The notes under the pieces: model-generated
Told to the model about the DNA's origin: nothing
The model's input: only the letters and a program-made list of their open reading frames with translations
Databases searched by the model: none
Position numbers and translations under genes: made by a program
Origin: a virus
Lineage: Duplodnaviria; Caudoviricetes
Strand: one strand, 5' to 3'
IMG/VR virus record: IMGVR_UViG_3300017721_000693
Coordinates: 1 to 24,901 of that record
DNA: 24,901 bases
Shown here: positions 24,808-24,901 of the stretch, piece after piece
How the letters are laid out: the number at the start of each line of letters is the position of its first letter
Numbering within the stretch: the stretch's first letter is position 1

Positions 24808-24901
24808 AACCTGTCCTTCAACTCGTTGATCTGTTCTTGCTGCTCCTTGATTGCCTCAATCAGAACCGCAACCATATTCTGGTATGCAACAGATTTAACT
24901 C
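24795..24901 (-). CDS. 3' end of a tail fibre/spike gene with an intramolecular chaperone (peptidase S74-type) C-terminus, partial
   Basis: Translated by hand: ...VKSVAYQNMVAVLIEAIKEQQEQINELKDRLDNL*, the typical terminal coiled coil of that domain. Confidence 0.8.
   Translation of the reverse strand, partial: VKSVAYQNMVAVLIEAIKEQQEQINELKDRLDNL

Noticed and set aside
1-24901. CRISPR arrays, tRNAs, rRNAs, IS elements
   Set aside because: No regularly spaced repeats, cloverleaf or T-loop signatures, or transposase motifs were seen by eye, and intergenic gaps are very short.

Overview
Segment of a T4-like marine cyanophage (myovirus) genome, probably infecting Synechococcus. All credible genes lie on the minus strand. 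In transcription order (right to left): (1) the 3' end of a tail-fibre gene with a C-terminal intramolecular chaperone; (2) a restriction-modification-like cassette of a GIY-YIG-like nuclease/SF2 helicase, an NPPY adenine-methyltransferase half, a separate SAM-binding methyltransferase half and a second SF2 helicase; (3) an AT-rich tailoring-enzyme island with six 2OG-Fe(II)/cupin oxygenases, two paralogous radical SAM enzymes, a NodU/CmcH carbamoyltransferase, an SGNH-like hydrolase and an HNH nuclease; (4) talC and a CP12-like gene; (5) a late module of two short HxH fibre-like proteins, two partner proteins and a double 2OG oxygenase; (6) many small cyanophage ORFs and gnd. The most striking feature is at 22926-22986. 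The nuclease-helicase and methyltransferase ORFs are joined by a complete dnaX-like -1 programmed frameshift signal: an SD-like GGAG, an in-phase A_AAA_AAG, a 7-nt spacer and a perfect 8-bp stem. This predicts a 593-aa product plus a ~1044-aa nuclease-helicase-MTase fusion. All assignments come from motifs read by eye; no database searches were run.
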